DNA of 32,000 nt from Gammaproteobacteria bacterium (GTDB taxonomy: Bacteria > Pseudomonadota > Gammaproteobacteria > S012-40). The translations under genes were made by a program, and so were the position numbers. The DNA is taken from contig JAOUMY010000006.1 in NCBI GenBank assembly GCA_029881255.1, positions 136,013 to 168,012 on the forward strand, in the 5' to 3' direction. Under the pieces are notes generated by a model. It did no database searches. It was given only the letters and a program-made list of their open reading frames with translations, and was not told where the DNA came from. This document shows, one piece after another, positions 16,190 through 24,996 of this stretch; position 1 is the stretch's first letter, and every line of letters starts with the position of its first letter.

Positions 16190-18178
16190 TCATTCCTGTT
16201 TGCGCAGCTTGCGCGCTACCATGCTTTGAATATCAAACAGGAAACTCTCGAGGTCCATATCTCGGCGTTCGTATACCTTTTCCACCTTTCCACTTAATCG
16301 CTTGATCTCATCCGCGCTAAGATCCTTGGAGGTCAACACAACAATGGGAATATCTTTCCATTTCGGGTGTCGACTGACTTCCTCACTGAAACGAAAGCCA
16401 TCCATCTCCGGCATTAACAAGTCCAGCAAAATGAGATCCGGCGTCTCTTTCTCCAGGGTATCCAATGCTTCCAACCCATTTGCCGCTTCGAGTATTCGTA
16501 TTCCCTGTACGGACAGGGTTCGTGCAATAATGCTTCGATTTTCAGGCTTGTCGTCGACGACCAAAACCTTGCTTTCGCTACCGCCCCGCAGATGTTTAAC
16601 CACGGTTTCCATCAAAACGTCTTTTTGTATGGGCTTAATGAGATAGTCTGCGGCACCTAGTGCGAAGCTAAGATCCAGCTCATCCATCATCGAGACCATA
16701 ATCACCGGTATATTTTGCGTTTCCGGGTTACGTTTGAGTTCTGACAAAACGGTCCAGCCGTCCATAACCGGCATCAAAACATCTAACGTGATGATATGCG
16801 GCTTGTATGATGACAGGATAGAAATTCCTTCCTGACCACTGGCAACTGCTTTGACATCGAAACCTTCACGCGTCAGATAGCGTTCCATCAAATCTCTTAC
16901 CGAGGGATCGTCATCGATCACCAGAATTTTGCTTATGACTTTGCGACGCTCAACCCCCGGGTTGTTTCCCGAAAAACGAACATTCTTAGGATCAACTTTG
17001 GGACCAAGGCTAAGTTCCATACCGATCTGATTGGTATGTAGCTTCGCAGAGTTAACCGGTATCGTGACAATATATCGCGCCCCTTTACCTTCCTCACTCT
17101 GTACATCCAGACTGCCGCCGAGAATTTGCGCAAAGCGCTGACACAAAACCAAACCCAGACTTGCGCCCGCCAGTTTTTTTGAAGCATCATTTTCTTCCCG
17201 AAAAAACTCTTCAAAAATCTGCTTTTGTTCTTCCGATGACATTCCAGGACCGTTGTCCTCGACAACAAAAACAATGGAGTCGCGATTAAGACTCTTTTCG
17301 CGGCTGGCACGCAGTACTATCTTGTCGGCATTGGAATGCTTGATCGAGTTACTTATCAGGTTTAACAGAATCTGCCGTACCTTTGTTACGTCAGACAGTG
17401 CAACGCCTAGATTTTCATCCAGCACGAGATCCAGTTGAATTTCATTCGATTGGGCTAAACGACGTATAGTGTCGACCACCTCATTCAGCATGGCGTCGAT
17501 CTGAAAATACTCCAGACTCAAACCCATCTTTCCCGCTTCAATTTTTGACAAATCGAGAATATCGTTGATCAACGATAGCAGGTGCTTCCCGGCATTGTGG
17601 ATGCGTTTCAGATCCGTTTCGCATTGCTCATTTCCGAGCAAATCTTCTTGCAGTATTTCGCTATATCCAATAATTGCATTCAAAGGCGTGCGTAGTTCAT
17701 GACTCATGTTTGCCAGAAACCCACTACGCGCACGACTGGCGGCCATGGCTCTATCTCTGGCAAGCGCCAAATCTCTTACACTGCTTTCCAGGCGATCTTC
17801 CAACTTACGCACAGTACTGGCAGCAACCTTCTCACGCATTTTGTAAGTCGTAACATCTAGACCACGGCCTATGTAAAACACCTGCTCGCTATCGCGTTTC
17901 TGAAAAATGTCGAAATTCAGATATTGTTTGTTTTCTTTGTCCGCTGACAAATCCACCTCGAGGACCGAGTGCCCCTTAGACTCGGCCTGGGCCAACGCCA
18001 GGGTCCAGCTGTTTTGGTTCGCCTGACCAAAGATGTCACTCTGATCCGGAGCGAGATTGTTTATACCTAGTAGCTTTTCCAGGTCCGCGGACACGGCGAT
18101 CACGACATAGTTGTCATCTGCCAGCCACGCATAGCCAGGGGACCGTACAATCTCGTTCTTCCAATCTGCTAGGTTCAT
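16190..18178 (-). CDS. Cytoplasmic hybrid sensor histidine kinase: PAS-HisKA-HATPase_c-REC-REC
   Basis: H-box FLANMSHELRTPLNAIIGYSEIL, N/G boxes LSDVTKVRQILLNLISNSIKHS, VEDNGPGM, ASLGLVLCQRFAQILGG; REC1 DVLMPVMDGWTVLSELK...GAADYLIKPI; REC2 DLLMPEMDGFRFSEEV. No TM segment. Confidence 0.93.
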   Translation of the reverse strand: MNLADWKNEIVRSPGYAWLADDNYVVIAVSADLEKLLGINNLAPDQSDIFGQANQNSWTLALAQAESKGHSVLEVDLSADKENKQYLNFDIFQKRDSEQVFYIGRGLDVTTYKMREKVAASTVRKLEDRLESSVRDLALARDRAMAASRARSGFLANMSHELRTPLNAIIGYSEILQEDLLGNEQCETDLKRIHNAGKHLLSLINDILDLSKIEAGKMGLSLEYFQIDAMLNEVVDTIRRLAQSNEIQLDLVLDENLGVALSDVTKVRQILLNLISNSIKHSNADKIVLRASREKSLNRDSIVFVVEDNGPGMSSEEQKQIFEEFFREENDASKKLAGASLGLVLCQRFAQILGGSLDVQSEEGKGARYIVTIPVNSAKLHTNQIGMELSLGPKVDPKNVRFSGNNPGVERRKVISKILVIDDDPSVRDLMERYLTREGFDVKAVASGQEGISILSSYKPHIITLDVLMPVMDGWTVLSELKRNPETQNIPVIMVSMMDELDLSFALGAADYLIKPIQKDVLMETVVKHLRGGSESKVLVVDDKPENRSIIARTLSVQGIRILEAANGLEALDTLEKETPDLILLDLLMPEMDGFRFSEEVSRHPKWKDIPIVVLTSKDLSADEIKRLSGKVEKVYERRDMDLESFLFDIQSMVARKLRKQE

Positions 18179-18342
18179 TAATTTTTCAATAAATTCAATA
18201 TGCTATATGACATCACACATGTCGCGGAATAATCCACTTCTATACTTGTTCAACAGATATCGGCAAGACGCCAGAAAACTACAATGGCGAAATCACGTAT
18301 TTTCTTGTTAATGATTGAAAAATTGGCATGGAAGGGCCAAAT

Positions 18343-18374
18343 AAAAAGGTCGGCCAACCTTTCGGCTGCCGACC
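18343..18374 (-). terminator. Rho-independent terminator downstream of the 18400..18951 gene
   Basis: On the minus strand: GGTCGGC (18374-18368) - loop - GCCGACC (18354-18348) followed by TTTTTAT. Confidence 0.75.
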
Positions 18375-18399
18375 CTATATGAAATGAAAAAGATAAAAC

Positions 18400-18951
18400 T
18401 TAATTACTGGAGAATTGCGTACCGCCGCCTTCATGTCCGATGTGCGCAACATGCTCCACAACCTCGATAAGTTCAGCAGAAGCGCGCGCAAGATGTTCAG
18501 ATTTACGGGTACGCTTATACTCTTTTAGCGCAATATAAGACGTCGCCGGGTGAATAATTGCGTCCATCAGACTGAACAACTCACCGAAGTGATCCAGCTT
18601 TTCCAGATCGTGGCCTTTGCTTTTCATGAACTTGCCCATGTGCCATTGATCTTCGATCTCATCCAGACTCATGTTCATCATATTGTCTGCATTATCAACA
18701 ACAGTCCCCAAGATATCTTTATGCTCCGGGTGACGTTGTATGTAGTCATGAGCACCTTTCTTGCCCAGTTCTACTAATTGTTCTTGTACTTTGATGAGAT
18801 GTGTAATGTTGGCAACAAATCCCGAATTGGCTTCCTGGATGGTGTCGTTTGCCAGTTTGGTATATAACACAGTGTCCAGCGCCTGTGCTTGTGTCGAAAC
18901 GGCTAGGCCGAGGCCGATAGCCAGCATTGTTTTCTTTAATGAAATCCCCAT
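18400..18951 (-). CDS. Exported helical hypothetical protein, His-rich
   Basis: Signal peptide MGISLKKTMLAIGLGLAVSTQAQA; predominantly helical, His-containing C-terminal half (SEHLARASAELIEVVEHVAHIGHEGG). Followed by a clear terminator. Confidence 0.65.
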   Translation of the reverse strand: MGISLKKTMLAIGLGLAVSTQAQALDTVLYTKLANDTIQEANSGFVANITHLIKVQEQLVELGKKGAHDYIQRHPEHKDILGTVVDNADNMMNMSLDEIEDQWHMGKFMKSKGHDLEKLDHFGELFSLMDAIIHPATSYIALKEYKRTRKSEHLARASAELIEVVEHVAHIGHEGGGTQFSSN

Positions 18952-19111
18952 AACCCTTCCCTCACGTTTGTAGTTTTTTAAAAAATACCGCCCCTAGTCG
19001 ACCAGATGCAGATGTGTCCGAATCAAAGGCTAGGGCTGGCAGATTAATTGTGGATTAATATGCACCAAAACAAAAAGTTAACATTTGGTAAGAATTGACT
19101 GGTGCGTGGAC

Positions 19112-19138
19112 GAATAAGCTTTACCGGTAAACCTATTC
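19112..19138. repeat. Imperfect palindrome in intergenic region
   Basis: GAATAAG-C-TTTACCGGTAAA-CCTATTC. The central 12 bp (19120-19131) is a perfect palindrome and the outer arms match 6/7. Confidence 0.5.
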
Positions 19139-19152
19139 ATTAAGTTCAATGT

Positions 19153-20055
19153 CTATCTGTCGGTATAAACGGCTGACTCCAGCGCTACTTTTTTGCTGAG
19201 TTCCTTTGCGGGTTTATTTTCCTTTTGCCCTAGGAAAACATGTCGATAAGCGACGTAAACATAGGCGCCAAACAGGGGAAAAAGCACCGCGCTTGCAATC
19301 GGTACGACGCTCATGGAGACCATGAACATCAATATCCAGGTTACCAGGGCCATACTGATTGCCTGAATATTGATGTAGATTGCGCGCTGACTCAAAGCCT
19401 GTGCCTCAACGTAATTCAGATCATGAAAAACAATCAGCGGAATACTGAAAAAGGTTCTCAATCCTACCAGTGCCAGGATCAGGAAATACAACACTGTCGC
19501 GGTGAGTTTAAAGATAAAGGAAATGGGATTGTCCTTATCCAGTAAGATGCTGGACAAAACTTTATCGCAGGCCTGATATAAATCCCGACTCGGGTGAACA
19601 TATAGAAAAGTCACCCAGATAGAGGCTCCAACCAATAATGCCATTAATGCTAGACGTAATAATTTTTTCTGTTCCGGCAACACCGTACGTAATCTCTCGC
19701 CGGGGTCCGCCGCCAAGGAGTTGTCCGATAAAAAGGCCAGGACGATAAGATCTGTCAGAATAACAAACAAAGAAAAGGCGCAAAATATTAGAAATATACT
19801 CAGGATTAACAATGATGGACTTTCGGGTATAAGAGGAACGACGGCTCGTATCGCGACATACACCGAAACAACAAACAAGGTGACTGAACCAATGAAAACG
19901 AGTAAACGACGACTGATAAGTTCTAACGCCTCCTTCAGCCAAAACAAGGTATCTGCTACGGCAATTCTACGAGGTTCTATGGTCTTCACATTCCCATCCT
20001 TTGCAAGGAAAGACTTACAGTTCATATAGAAATATAGACGTCGAATTTTTTCCAC
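19153..20055 (-). CDS. Multi-pass membrane protein of unknown function
   Basis: Several hydrophobic segments (LVFIGSVTLFVVSVYVAIRAVVPLIP; LLILSIFLIFCAFSLFVILTDLIVLAFL; LLRLALMALLVGASIWVTFLYV; LIFKLTATVLYFLILALVGL). The start codon is uncertain. Confidence 0.7.
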   Translation of the reverse strand: MEKIRRLYFYMNCKSFLAKDGNVKTIEPRRIAVADTLFWLKEALELISRRLLVFIGSVTLFVVSVYVAIRAVVPLIPESPSLLILSIFLIFCAFSLFVILTDLIVLAFLSDNSLAADPGERLRTVLPEQKKLLRLALMALLVGASIWVTFLYVHPSRDLYQACDKVLSSILLDKDNPISFIFKLTATVLYFLILALVGLRTFFSIPLIVFHDLNYVEAQALSQRAIYINIQAISMALVTWILMFMVSMSVVPIASAVLFPLFGAYVYVAYRHVFLGQKENKPAKELSKKVALESAVYTDR

Positions 20056-20440
20056 GCAAGTTGTGTCATGTATTACTCAAAATACCTAATCAATACCAAA
20101 ACGCCACACTCAACTTTTACAGCGGTCGAATAAATCTTTGTCTACGGGTAATATCGAAAACCTGCTTGAGTAGAGTATGCATCTGACACAAACAATCGAA
20201 TGGAATAGAAATACTTTCCACAACAGCCACATTATCCGCAAAAACTGAATTCAAGCCACAAGCTCAAAAAGAGTTCTTTCAATTCGACACGGGATAAAGC
20301 ATACGCCCAGACACAAGGTCTGAGTCTGCAGAGCACCAAAATAGGTGCATAACCAAAACATATGATCTATTTAGAAAGCACTAAATGAACCAGTTGGAAA
20401 CTTTTACTCTTCCTGGCAATACGAATTGAGCAATGTCGTG

Positions 20441-20812
20441 CTAAAAGTGTTCGCGGATGATGTCAGTATCTTTACAAACAGTTGAACCAAGCTTGGAATT
20501 GACGCAAAGACGTAAAAAGATTTCATCATAGCCGATTTCTTCGTCGAGTATCTTGCAAGGTACGGTAAAGGTTCGACTTGCTTCAATTCTGGCTTTGGCA
20601 TCTACGGTGTGCGCGTCGTAACCTGCGCTTCCCAGAGACTTGTTGTGCAGTGTTTCCTTTCCCCATAACTCAACCCAAACCCCAATTTCGTTTGCCAGCC
20701 GATATTCATCCACGCTGAGCAATAGCTCGTAGCGATAGCTAATCTGACAAATCGAACCACTGGGGTAGCTGTCACGGATAATGTGAAAATTAACGTCCTG
20801 AATAATAGGCAC
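20441..20812 (-). CDS. Hypothetical protein (123 aa)
   Basis: ORF in collinear context with no stronger overlapping ORF. No recognised domain. Confidence 0.5.
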   Translation of the reverse strand: MPIIQDVNFHIIRDSYPSGSICQISYRYELLLSVDEYRLANEIGVWVELWGKETLHNKSLGSAGYDAHTVDAKARIEASRTFTVPCKILDEEIGYDEIFLRLCVNSKLGSTVCKDTDIIREHF

Positions 20813-20866
20813 GGTATCGCGTTGTCCTGGAGAATTTTGGGAGAGATTTATTAATACAGAAGAAAG

Positions 20867-20889
20867 AAGCGGGTGACAAGCACCCGCTT
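20867..20889 (-). terminator. Probable terminator hairpin downstream of the Fur-family gene
   Basis: AAGCGGGTG (20867-20875) ACAAG CACCCGCTT (20881-20889): perfect 9-bp stem about 10 bp past the stop. The minus-strand trailing tract TCTTTCTTCT is only moderately T-rich. Confidence 0.6.
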
Positions 20890-20898
20890 ATAGATTTT

Positions 20899-21318
20899 TT
20901 AGCTTGCCTGGCGAAGTCGAACTACGACTTCAATGCCATCCGCGGCTGTTCCTAACGGTAATGTAGGTAACTCGCCTACGCTAATATTGTCTTTCGAGAT
21001 ATCAACCAGTTCGCCGGTATCAACATTGTAAAAATGATGATGACTGTCTGTATTGGAATCGTAAAAAATCTTGGTTGGATCAATTACGAGTTCACGAACC
21101 AGCCCTTTACGTGCGAACAGACCGAGAGTATTGTAAACCGTGGCTTTTGAAACCTTAGCTCTTTCTACATTGACCTGCGCCAAAACCTGTTCCGCAGAGA
21201 GGTGTTGATGTTTGGCCAACAGTATCTGCGCAATTTCCACGCGTTGCTGAGTGGGTGAAATTCGATGTTTACGCAATACATCGATTACTTCTGATTTACT
21301 TCTTGCTTCGTTCATCAT
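20899..21318 (-). CDS. Fur-family transcriptional regulator (PerR/Irr-like)
   Basis: RISPTQQRVEIAQILLAKHQHLSAEQVLAQVN...VSKATVYNTLGLFARKGLVREL winged helix and DSHHHFYNVDTGELVDI metal/dimer region. No cysteine residues. Confidence 0.88.
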   Translation of the reverse strand: MMNEARSKSEVIDVLRKHRISPTQQRVEIAQILLAKHQHLSAEQVLAQVNVERAKVSKATVYNTLGLFARKGLVRELVIDPTKIFYDSNTDSHHHFYNVDTGELVDISKDNISVGELPTLPLGTAADGIEVVVRLRQAS

Positions 21319-21463
21319 GGTCTATGCCCTACCATAAGTTCAGTTTTTATTTGACTTACTGCTTCAACCTGTTCCTCCACTCCAACAACACTTTATTATG
21401 TCTAAAACATCGGCTAAAACCTATGTTTTCTTGAGTGGAATAATGAACATTTTTTTACAATTT

Positions 21464-21478
21464 TTATAATTAATTGAA
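21464..21478. promoter_or_regulatory. Candidate PerR-box-like operator upstream of the Fur-family gene
   Basis: TTATAATAATTGAAA matches the B. subtilis PerR-box consensus TTATAATNATTATAA as I recall it, except at two half-site positions. It lies about 145 bp upstream of the regulator's start in an AT-rich gap, so chance is not excluded. Confidence 0.35.
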
Positions 21479-21497
21479 ACTAGAGCGATTTTAATAC

Positions 21498-22583
21498 CTA
21501 TAATTGGTATAAATATGGTTCGAACAGAGGTGTTTCCCCGAGAAGCAACGTCGCCAGATGCCGCGCCGACGCAGGCCCGAGGACTACACCATTGCGAAAA
21601 TGACCGGTGTTGAGATAGCAGTTCTGGTATTGGGGGTGTTTACATATATAAGGTATTCCATCCTGTGTTCCGGGACGCAGGCCAGCCCAATGCTTTTCTA
21701 TTTTGGCTGTTTTCAACATCGGAATGAGATTTTCCGCATCGGTTTTTAAAGACTCTCGTGCATCCTCAGTTGTCTGTTTATCGAAACCAACATCTTCCAG
21801 GGTGCTACCAACCAACACCCGACCATCTCGACGTGGAATCACATAACGCCCTTTTCGCATCACCATATGTGACACGCTTCCAGGCTCAGTTTGGTATAAC
21901 AACATCTGGCCTTTTATAGGCCTCACTGCCGGGCGAATACCCAGATCGGAGATTAATTGTGCCGACCATGCGCCAGATGCAATGACAAAATCCTCGGCGG
22001 TAATCGATCCCGCGTCAGTTTCCGCAGCAACTATCCTGACTTCGTGATGAGTGAAAGACTTGACTGCATGAGACTCAAAAATCTGCACGCCCAGTTTTTT
22101 TACATAGGCAATTAAAGCTGCAACCAGGCGCGGGTTGCGTACCTGCGCCAGATCTGGAAACCACAGTGCCGAGTCATATGACGGATTAAGACCGGGTTCG
22201 AGATTCCTGATTCCGTCAGTTACGGTTTCAATCGCTGTCGAATAGCTTGTTGCCCATTGATAGGCCTGTTCCCGCTCATCCATATCGAGGAGCAAAATTC
22301 CACTTAACGTCCATTCCGGATCGATACCGGTTTCCGAATGAAGTTGTTGAGACAGTTCTCGGTAGAATGGCTGACTCCACTTGGCCAATTGATTAACGGC
22401 CTCAGAATACCGCCAGGGATAAAGCGGGGACAGAATACCTCCGCCCGCCCATGAGGATTCTTTTCCACACTGTCCACTTTCCAGAATACAAACACGCTTG
22501 CCCGCAAGCGCTAACTCTCTTGCCGTAAGAAGGCCGATGAGTCCGCCACCTATGATTGCAACATCAGCGGTTTGTGTTTTCAA
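21498..22583 (-). CDS. thiO: Glycine oxidase ThiO (FAD-dependent oxidoreductase)
   Basis: N-terminal Rossmann fold DVAIIGGGLIGLLTARELALAGKRVCILE; GKESSWAGGGILSPLYPWRY; C-terminal HFRNGVVLGPASARHLATLL. Confidence 0.87.
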   Translation of the reverse strand: MKTQTADVAIIGGGLIGLLTARELALAGKRVCILESGQCGKESSWAGGGILSPLYPWRYSEAVNQLAKWSQPFYRELSQQLHSETGIDPEWTLSGILLLDMDEREQAYQWATSYSTAIETVTDGIRNLEPGLNPSYDSALWFPDLAQVRNPRLVAALIAYVKKLGVQIFESHAVKSFTHHEVRIVAAETDAGSITAEDFVIASGAWSAQLISDLGIRPAVRPIKGQMLLYQTEPGSVSHMVMRKGRYVIPRRDGRVLVGSTLEDVGFDKQTTEDARESLKTDAENLIPMLKTAKIEKHWAGLRPGTQDGIPYICKHPQYQNCYLNTGHFRNGVVLGPASARHLATLLLGETPLFEPYLYQL

Positions 22584-22591
22584 AACGAAAT

Positions 22592-23146
22592 TTAATCTGC
22601 TTGTTTGAAAGCTGGAATGGCGGCCTTCAGATATAACAGCATCGACCAGATGGTCAGCGCCGCGGCAACATAAAGCAGCACTACACCGACCTCGAAGACA
22701 GGAAATTCAAAGATGGGCTCACGATATACCAGGAGACTGATCGCCGCCATTTGCAATGCTGTTTTCACCTTGCCCAATGTCGAAACCGCAACCTGAGCAC
22801 GCTCACCGATTTCCGCCATCCACTCACGCAAGGCTGAAATCGTAATCTCACGACCAATGATAATAGCTGCGGCAATAGTAAAAACCGGCGTCGGGTTAAA
22901 TTCCACCAGCAGCAACAGCGCAACCGCTACCATGATTTTATCCGCAACCGGATCAAGAAAAGCACCAAAACGTGAGGTCTGATCCCACTTACGTGCCAGA
23001 TAACCGTCTGCCCAGTCAGTGATCGCCGCTAATACGAAAACAAAGCAAGTCACTTCATTTGCCCAGGAAAATGGCAAGTAAAAGCACACCACCAGTACTG
23101 GGATGAGGGCGACACGTAGCCAGGTCAGAAACGTAGGTATACTCAT
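22592..23146 (-). CDS. pgsA: CDP-diacylglycerol--glycerol-3-phosphate 3-phosphatidyltransferase PgsA
   Basis: CDP-alcohol phosphotransferase motif [30 protein letters not shown]; N-terminal [19 protein letters not shown] 23146; the ORF track begins at TTG 23152. Confidence 0.95.
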   Translation of the reverse strand: MSIPTFLTWLRVALIPVLVVCFYLPFSWANEVTCFVFVLAAITDWADGYLARKWDQTSRFGAFLDPVADKIMVAVALLLLVEFNPTPVFTIAAAIIIGREITISALREWMAEIGERAQVAVSTLGKVKTALQMAAISLLVYREPIFEFPVFEVGVVLLYVAAALTIWSMLLYLKAAIPAFKQAD

Positions 23147-23152
23147 TAACAA

Positions 23153-24988
23153 CTATTCCGAGTGAAACACATCGTAGATCTTCTGTGCAAGATCCTTGCT
23201 CACTCCTTTTACAAGTGATAAATCTTCAACGCCAGCACGGGCAATACCCTGCAGGCCACCAAACTGTTTCAGCAACTCCTGACGCCGTTTAGGTCCAAGC
23301 CCGGGGATTTCCTCCAGTGGAGACTGCTGGCGTTTTTTGGCTCTACGCGCCCGGTGCCCCTGTATCGCAAACCGATGCGCTTCATCACGCACGTGTTGAA
23401 TCAGGTGTAGCGCCGGCGAATTGCCCGGCAGTATAAACGGCTGGGGATTTCCCGACAACCACAGCGTCTCCAATCCGGGACGCCTCTCCACTCCTTTGGC
23501 CACGCCTATCATCATCACTGAATCAATCCCTAATTCTTCCATGACTTCCTCCGCCTGGGCCAACTGCCCCTTGGCCCCATCGATCAACAAAATATCCGGC
23601 AGTTTACCCTCTGATTCCCGCACCCGTTTATAGCGTCGCGATAAGGCCTGGCGCATGGCCGCATAGTCATCGCCAGGCGTAATGTCGGTGATATTAAAGC
23701 GACGATAGTCCGACTTCAGTGGTCCGTTGGTGTCAAATACCACACACGAGGCCACCGTCTCCTCGCCCATCGTATGGCTGATATCAAAACACTCGATACG
23801 TTGCGGCAATTCATCCAACGACAAACTATCCTGTAATTGCTCAAAGCGCTGTAACATATTTGCCTTGTCGGCAAGCCTGGCCTGAAGCGAACTCTGTACG
23901 TTGATTTCTGCCAGTTTCAACCAACGCGCCCGTTCACCCCGGACTTTGTCACGTATACGCAGTTTGCGGCCTAACTGTTCACTCAAAACCGCCTCTAGCC
24001 AATCACGATCGGCAGGCATCTCATTGCAGATAATTTCATTCGGAACATAACGCCCACCCTGACGACCGATGTAATACTGTGCAATAAAAGCAGAAAGCAA
24101 TTCCGCCGTATTGCTGTGTTGCGAATGCACAGGAAAAAAAGATTTGCTGCCCAGGCTGTTGCCGCCCCGGATAAAAAAAACAGTCACGCAGGCGATCCCC
24201 TTGTCCATCATCGTCGCGATCACATCGACATCACTCTGTCCTTCGCCGGTAATATACTGCCGCTCCTGAACTTTGCGCAGTGCCATAATCTGATCACGCA
24301 GCATTGCTGCTTTTTCAAAGGCCAACTGTTGCGAAGCATTCTCCATGGCACGCACCAGTTCATTAATCACGTCATCGTTTTTTCCTTCAAGAAACATTTC
24401 CGTATGCCGTACCTGTTGTGCGTAGTCTTCCTTGCTCACCAGATTTACACATGGGGCACTACAGCGTTTTATCTGATACTGCAGACATGGCCGCGAACGG
24501 TTACGAAAAAAACTGTCTTCACATTGACGCACAGCGAAAAGTTTCTGCAACAGATTCAAACTCTCTTTGGCTGCACCTGCCCCAGGAAACGGTCCGAAAA
24601 ATCGCCCTTTTTCCCGGCGTGCGCCGCGATAATAACTCAGCCGTGGAAAGTCTTGCTCGGTGGAAAGATAAATATAGGGATAACTTTTATCATCGCGGTA
24701 CAAAACATTGTACTGAGGGCGTAGGGATTTAATGAGATTACTCTCAAGTATCAATGCCTCGTTTTCGGTGTGCGTAATAGTGACTTCGATACGGTGGATC
24801 TGTGCCACCATTACCCGTGTTTTTATAGACTGATCTGATTTGGTGAAATAGCTTGATACTCGTTTTTTTAAATTCTTGGCCTTGCCGACATAAATGACTT
24901 CATCTCTGTCGTTGATCATGCGATAAACACCAGGCTGTTGAGTCAGACTGGTGAGAAATGACTTATAGTCAAACACGTCTTCCGACAT
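23153..24988 (-). CDS. uvrC: Excinuclease ABC subunit UvrC
   Basis: GIY-YIG PGVYRMINDRDEVIYVGKAKNLKKRVSSYF; CLQYQIKRCSAPC; RIECFDISHTMGEETVASCVVF; C-terminal HhH SPLEEIPGLGPKRRQELLKQFGGLQGI. Confidence 0.98.
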   Translation of the reverse strand: MSEDVFDYKSFLTSLTQQPGVYRMINDRDEVIYVGKAKNLKKRVSSYFTKSDQSIKTRVMVAQIHRIEVTITHTENEALILESNLIKSLRPQYNVLYRDDKSYPYIYLSTEQDFPRLSYYRGARREKGRFFGPFPGAGAAKESLNLLQKLFAVRQCEDSFFRNRSRPCLQYQIKRCSAPCVNLVSKEDYAQQVRHTEMFLEGKNDDVINELVRAMENASQQLAFEKAAMLRDQIMALRKVQERQYITGEGQSDVDVIATMMDKGIACVTVFFIRGGNSLGSKSFFPVHSQHSNTAELLSAFIAQYYIGRQGGRYVPNEIICNEMPADRDWLEAVLSEQLGRKLRIRDKVRGERARWLKLAEINVQSSLQARLADKANMLQRFEQLQDSLSLDELPQRIECFDISHTMGEETVASCVVFDTNGPLKSDYRRFNITDITPGDDYAAMRQALSRRYKRVRESEGKLPDILLIDGAKGQLAQAEEVMEELGIDSVMMIGVAKGVERRPGLETLWLSGNPQPFILPGNSPALHLIQHVRDEAHRFAIQGHRARRAKKRQQSPLEEIPGLGPKRRQELLKQFGGLQGIARAGVEDLSLVKGVSKDLAQKIYDVFHSE

Positions 24989-24996
24989 GGCCCAAC

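Noticed and set aside
24116-24724. 202-aa plus-strand ORF opposite uvrC
   Set aside because: It is antisense to a highly conserved uvrC and resembles a shadow ORF.
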